A DNA stretch of 63,944 nt, filler included, from Hyphochytrium catenoides (taxonomy: Eukaryota; Protista; Hyphochytriomycota): assembly GCA_900088475.1 (NCBI GenBank). It is 12 parts of 12 records of this genome, joined end to end, with 100 filler letters (N's around TTAATTAATTAA, not from the genome) between each part and the next. Parts side by side here need not be neighbours in the genome. Positions count along the whole stretch, not along the records: positions 57,496 to 60,534 come from FLMG01004381.1; positions 60,635 to 62,508 come from FLMG01001580.1; positions 62,609 to 63,944 come from FLMG01003144.1; 9 more parts are not named here. One strand, 5' to 3'. The number at the start of each line of letters is the position of its first letter. The stretch's first letter is position 1. The translations under genes and the position numbers were made by a program. Shown one piece after another: positions 59,538 through 63,944 of the stretch. A model generated the notes under the pieces. The model worked only from the letters and a program-made list of their open reading frames with translations. It was not told the origin of the DNA and made no database searches.

Positions 59538-60480
59538 CTATCCTTCCCCTATCCCTGGCAGCTGCACCTTCCACTCTTCCTCTTCAGCATCATAAGCTAC
59601 GACTGTTCCCTTCACTAGCGCCTCGGGAGAGAGAGAGAGGGAGATAGTTCGGCGAGAGACGAGAGAACCATCTTCTTCATAGACTTCGAGCCTGTTCTCT
59701 TCTCCTTCTTTCTCTCTCTCTCCCTTTACGATCTTAATCTGGACAAAGCCTTGCCCGTCACCCAGACTTCTCTTCTCTTCGTAAAGGACGGTGATGTCCT
59801 CTTTGTCGGGAGAGAGAGCGCTCTCTTCTCTCTGTTTGGGCTCCATCGGCAGATCATCTTCTTCTCTCTCTTTATTTCTTGCTTCTGCAAGCTGGAACAG
59901 CGAGGGAGCGCAGTTAGTTGAAGCAAGGAAGGGTGGGAGCGGAAGGGAAACGGGAGACAGACGGAGAGACACAGAGAGAGAGAGAGAGAGTGAGAGAGAG
60001 AGAGGGAGAGAGACACAGAGAGAGAGAGAGANNNNNNNNNNNNNNNNNNNNNNNNNNNNNNNNNNNNNGAGAGAGAGGTGAGTTGTTAATCTAATCAATG
60101 AGAGAGGGAGAGGCTTCTGAGAAGAGATAGAGAAGGGGACGGTCATGACAAGAAGGAAGAAGAAGAGACTATTAGCAAGGAAGAGGGAGAGAAAGAGAAA
60201 AGGAGAGATAGGGATAGAGGTGATGCACACAAGAGAGAGGTAGAAAGTGATAGCAGAGATGAAGAAGAACAAAGTTGAGGGAAAACTACATGGACCACAA
60301 AGAGAAAGAGAGAGGGAGAGAGCGAGACAGAAACGCAGAGAGAGGGAGGAAAAGCGGAAGAGAGAGAGAGAGAGAGGGGGTTACCTCAGCGAGTTTGCTC
60401 TTAAGGAACTGCTGATGCTCAGCGCCGCTCCTTCCCCGCGCTTCTGCAGTGAGATCAGCCGCAGCGTCGGGCTCGACCAT
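59538..60480 (-). CDS. Last two visible exons of an unidentified protein
   Basis: cag|MVEPDAAADLTAEARGRSGAEHQQFLKSKLAE|gtaacc and cag|LAEARNKE...EWKVQLPGIGEG*, both phase 0. Confidence 0.6.
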
Positions 60481-60993
60481 CTGTTCAGGAGGAAGGTGAA
60501 GGGAAGGAGGACAGAGAGGGAAGGAGAGAGAGAGNNNNNNNNNNNNNNNNNNNNNNNNNNNNNNNNNNNNNNNNNNNNTTAATTAATTAANNNNNNNNNN
60601 NNNNNNNNNNNNNNNNNNNNNNNNNNNNNNNNNNGAGAGAGAGAGAGAGACAAAGAGAGGCAAAGAGAGACAAAGAGAGACAGAGAGAGAGAGACAAAGA
60701 GAGACAAAGAGAGACAGAGAGAGACAGAGAGAGAGACAGAGAGAGAGAAGAGAGGCGAGGATAGGCTGAAAAACAGCCTCGTGGCAGAGCGAAAGAGAGA
60801 AAGAAAAAGCTCAGAGAGGAAGAAGGAGACAGTTTTGAGCATCAGGAGTGAGAAGAGAAGAGGGAAGCAAAGGAAAAAAAAAGAGACTCAGGGAGAGAGA
60901 GAGAGAGGAGGGGTATACAAAGAGGAAAGCATGAGACGATAGGAAAGAGGTCAGAAGCAAGAGGGGAGGATCCCAGCGAGGGGAGGATCCCAC

Positions 60994-61026
<33 letters not shown>

Positions 61027-61517
61027 GAAAGAGAAAGAGGAAGAGGAAGAGAAAGAGAAAGAGGAAGAGAATGTGAATGCTTGCGGTTAGATATAAAGCG
61101 AGGAGTTCTGACCTTTAGAGTGCGCGCAACAGCGGCGCCAAAAGCCAGAGAAAGGAGAAAGAGAGAGAAGCAAGAAGAGAGACAGAGGGAGAGAGAAAGA
61201 GAAAGAGCTAAAAGGAGATCTGGCGGTGCCTTATGAAGGAGTTATCAGGGAGGACTCGTGCGGCAGTAGAGCAGCTGTCCGGCTGGCTGAAGGAGATCGG
61301 GGGAGAAAATAATGAGGTGAGTGGGACGTGGGAGACCACGAGAGAGAGAGAGAGAGATCAAGAATGCAAAGGAAATAGTCAAAGAAGTAGGAAAGTGGCT
61401 GAAGTAATTTTGTCTGAGCGAGAGATCTTCATCTAGAGAGAGGAGAGAGAGAAGAGAGAGAGAGAGGGGGAGAGGGGGGGATAGAAAGAGAGAGGGGGAG
61501 AGAGAAAGAGAGAGGGG

Positions 61518-61559
<42 letters not shown>

Positions 61560-61863
61560 GTAAGAGACACAGAGAGTAACAGAGAGAGAGAAAAAAAGGG
61601 GACAGAGAGAAAAAGAGAAAGCGATAAAAAAAGCAAAAGTAGTAAGGAGATAGATTGTGCGCGAGAGGAGGACGAGAAACCGGCGGGAGAAGGTGAGAGA
61701 AGAGAGCTAGAGTCAGAGTGGAAAAGAAAGCCACTCAGACGAGAGTACGGAGAGAATGCAAGAGAGAGAAAGACGAAGAGAGATTGGAGAGAAAGAGAGA
61801 GGGAGAGACAAGAGGCTAATGGTTATGATTGGATAGGTGATATCTCAGCTAACGTCAGCCGAC

Positions 61864-61945
61864 CTTCGCGCCCTGGCTCGCGGCCCACTCCTGGAGCTCT
61901 GGCAATGGCTGGCTGCCAATGTCAAGCCCGAGGCAGAAGTGCAGG
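61864..61945 (-). CDS. Possible exon fragment, weakly like the N-terminus of SET-domain (LSMT-type) proteins
   Basis: A GC-rich island LPELQEWAASQGAK followed by a GT donor, set in microsatellite DNA. Confidence 0.2.
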
Positions 61946-62608
61946 TAGGAGAGAGAGAGAAGAGGAGATGGGGTTGAGGAGAGAGGAGAGAGAGAGAGGA
62001 TTAAGGTGAAAGAGAAAGAGAGAGAGGAATGAGATAATGTGCATCCTCTTCTGTTGCCCATGGCGCTGCATTCGAGACGAGAATCCCTTGTCGCTCCTTT
62101 CCCTGCGTTGTCTGTCTTTCACTATCCCTCATGGTCTTCGCCCACTAATGCGCTTCTCTCTCGTCGCCGTCTCTCTTTATGGGCTTCCTCTTTCCTTTCC
62201 CACTCCTCTCTCTCTCTCTCGCTCGCCCGCTCTCTATCTCTCGTCTCTTACTTTCTCTCTCTCTGTCTCTCACCGATCTCTCCTGCGTGCTCCCTTCGTG
62301 GCTGGCCATCTTTGTCTCTCTCCCTCTCTCTCTCTCTCTCTCTCCCTCTCCCTCTCTCTTGATTCTCAGAATGCTGTCAGAAACGCGAAGCTAGCAATAA
62401 CGAGACAGCGGCAGCGATGTGAGGTATGCCGCTTCTCCGCCGCGGCCGCCGCCTGTTACTCTCTCTTTCTATCTATCTATCTATCTCCCTCCCTCTCTCT
62501 CTCTCTCTNNNNNNNNNNNNNNNNNNNNNNNNNNNNNNNNNNNNNNNNNNNNTTAATTAATTAANNNNNNNNNNNNNNNNNNNNNNNNNNNNNNNNNNNN
62601 NNNNNNNN

Positions 62609-63944
62609 GCGGCTCTCTTTTCGAACGCAGGTCTAATGGTGTTAATTCCTCTCTTGTAGTTGGGGCTGCCACTGCGCCATAGGCTATTTTGGGGAGGACG
62701 TATGTGGTTAGGAAGGTAGGTGCCTCTTTGAGGTCCACTTTCTTCCGGAAGCCCACATTTATAATCCTGATGGATTGCTTTTGTTGCCGCTCCCTAAGTT
62801 AATCTCGTTGGTTATCCCCTTCGATGCGCTGGGGGATCCCAACCATTTTGAATACTTCTTATGGGCTTTTCGGTTCAATGCGGGCGTCCACATTATTACC
62901 CTTTTTCCTGTCGAAAAGGTGGACCGCCAGGGGCGGGCGTTGCCGCTATACCATTGGTGGTATAGCGAGACTTACCTGTGTGTAAGCTGAGCCCAAACAT
63001 TGCCAGAAATGTCGATGCCTGGTAGGCTCTCTCTTGTATGCCTTGCTGGATTAGGACAGAAAGGGTTAGGTCGTCCGCGTGGGCTACTCCGCTCTGCCGT
63101 GGTGTGTTTCGGGCTAGAGGTGCTGGGTCTCGTCCCACCTGCAAATTTGTCAACAAGGGGTACATAGAGAAAAGGAAAAGCGATGGGGTTAGAGGGGTCT
63201 CCTTGTGGAACTCCGCTTCCTATCGGGAAAATGGTAGTTAGTCCCGCTCCCGAACATGACTCTGGATGATGTTGCCTTGCTGCCTAATTGCCTAATGGTC
63301 GGACGAGACGGATCAAGCATTCTGGCATCTTAAGTCTTCTCAGAGCTAGTTCCATGCTCCAGCGCTCTACCGAGTCGTATGCTTTGCTGATGTCGGTGTT
63401 TCAGTATATGGATTCGGCAGTCTTGCTCCTTGCTGTCATCAATTACTGCCTTGGTCACCCAGCTAACTTCCTCTGCCGATCTTCCCTGGGAAAAGCCTCG
63501 TTGTACTGGACTAAGGGGGTCTGTTGCTTGCCTGGCCTTGCTAATGCGCCTGTTGAGAATGGCAGTAGTTTTCTTCCTACTGTCTCTAGGAGGGTAATTG
63601 GTCTGTGTCCTTGGTCTCCTGGCGTAGGGTTAGGAAAATCAGTGCCTGTCGCAAGCTCTTGGATCATCAGGCCTGTTCGGAGGCAGACGTCTAGGATTGC
63701 TCTCACTAGATCTGAAGACTGCAGGGAGGCATTTTAAGGCTATTCTTGGAATCGTGCTCGGCCCTGGGGCGGTTCCTGTCGGTCCGCTAAATATTTGTGC
63801 AATCTCTTCTTCTGTGATGCGGGGTTACATCAGCCCTATCCATCTCTGTGGTCTTGCCACAGTTTCTGGTCTAAGCATCTCCCATTGTTTTCTGTCGGTC
63901 TGTTCCTGTGGAGGTTCGGGTTGCAGGTAGTTGGGGGGGGGGTG
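62609..63944 (-). mobile_element. Decayed non-LTR (LINE-like) retrotransposon reverse transcriptase region with frameshifts and stops
   Basis: RT motifs occur in order: ITEEEI...TAPGPSTI, HRPITLLET, QRGFSQGRS, DISKAYDSV, GVPQGDPSNP, AHADDL, then YVLPKIAYG. They are spread over several frames. Confidence 0.93.

Overview
This is eukaryotic nuclear DNA and not one contiguous locus. Eleven artificial 100-nt linkers (44 N + TTAATTAATTAA + 44 N) join 12 separate scaffolds, so adjacency across a linker means nothing. Genes carry spliceosomal GT-AG introns and use the standard code (TAA, TAG and TGA all appear as stops). The proteins look stramenopile-like, which is my inference. Splicing by hand gives: a type I DnaJ with a CaaX end; a bacterial-type FabI enoyl-ACP reductase (7 exons); a signal peptide + p23/CS domain + KTEL protein (10 exons); a tandem PH-domain protein; first exons of an Sgf11-like and an SRSF1-like gene; a 4xCBS protein; an RRM + winged-helix-like protein; a GlpT/SLC37-like MFS C-terminus; a DUF445-like membrane protein; a Cys-rich multi-TM protist receptor-like protein; an OSCA/TMEM63 N-terminus; a BIG/Sec7 ARF-GEF; a BLOC1S4-like protein; and a decayed non-LTR retrotransposon RT. 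Most ORFs in the supplied track are (GA/CT)n microsatellite artefacts. The most notable observations are: about 10 introns with a (GA)n-rich 5' half and a complementary (CT)n-rich 3' half, a probable ER-lumenal p23-like co-chaperone, a pre-miRNA-like intergenic foldback, and a tandem array of hairpin-forming units. No database searches or folding programs were run.
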